NCBI GenBank assembly: GCA_965240325.2 | Contig: OZ251240.1 | Span: forward strand, 1,302,001-1,366,000 | DNA from: Rebecca billardiae RCC1528 | Lineage: Eukaryota > Protista > Haptophyta | Direction of reading: 5' to 3' | DNA length: 64,000 nucleotides | In this document: positions 63,911-64,000 of the stretch, one piece after another | Layout of the letters: every line of letters begins with the position of its first letter | How positions within the stretch are numbered: the first letter of the stretch is position 1 | Notes under the pieces: generated by a model | What the model was told of the DNA's origin: nothing | Databases searched by the model: none | What the model saw: only the letters and a program-made list of their open reading frames with translations | Made by a program: the position numbers and the translations under genes

Positions 63911-64000
63911 ATCTGAGTCCGTGATGTCTTCAAGACGACTCGGGCCCGCCATGGGCGAAGAATCAGCGCGTCATTCTAATATATATAATAAGCTGCTGCT

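Overview
Gene-dense, very GC-rich eukaryotic nuclear DNA with short GC-rich spliceosomal introns (donors mostly GTGCGC, acceptors YAG). It is most consistent with a microalga such as a Pavlovales haptophyte; this is inferred from composition, a bipartite plastid-targeting N-terminus and gene content, and is not proven. Most long ORFs in the supplied track are shadow or intron read-through ORFs caused by the scarcity of stop codons. I reconstruct 16 protein-coding genes: SFI1-like centrin-binding protein, an intronless lower-GC class I SAM methyltransferase, TLDc protein, TM9SF (8 exons), BUD23, an Orai-like membrane protein, a TXNDC15/APRL-like thioredoxin, a small unknown protein, a glycosyltransferase-like protein, FAD synthase, a BASS transporter, a giant ~2,870-aa intronless multi-domain glycan-modifying protein, a CTFxP-repeat protein, a Trf4/TENT-like nucleotidyltransferase, NOC3 and a four-kringle surface protein. 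There is also a 17th gene encoding an LRR/extensin-like receptor. The most striking items are: (1) that LRR gene, in which each LRR sits on its own phase-symmetric 72/75-nt exon separated by mutually homologous introns, a possible exon-cassette diversification system; (2) the giant glycosyltransferase/fucosyltransferase/sulfotransferase protein; (3) an Orai-like channel lacking the selectivity Glu; (4) a BASS with substituted Na+ ligands; (5) 8-Cys kringles; (6) several dispersed intergenic motifs and a TA-flanked TIR element. All family calls come from motif recognition, without database searches.
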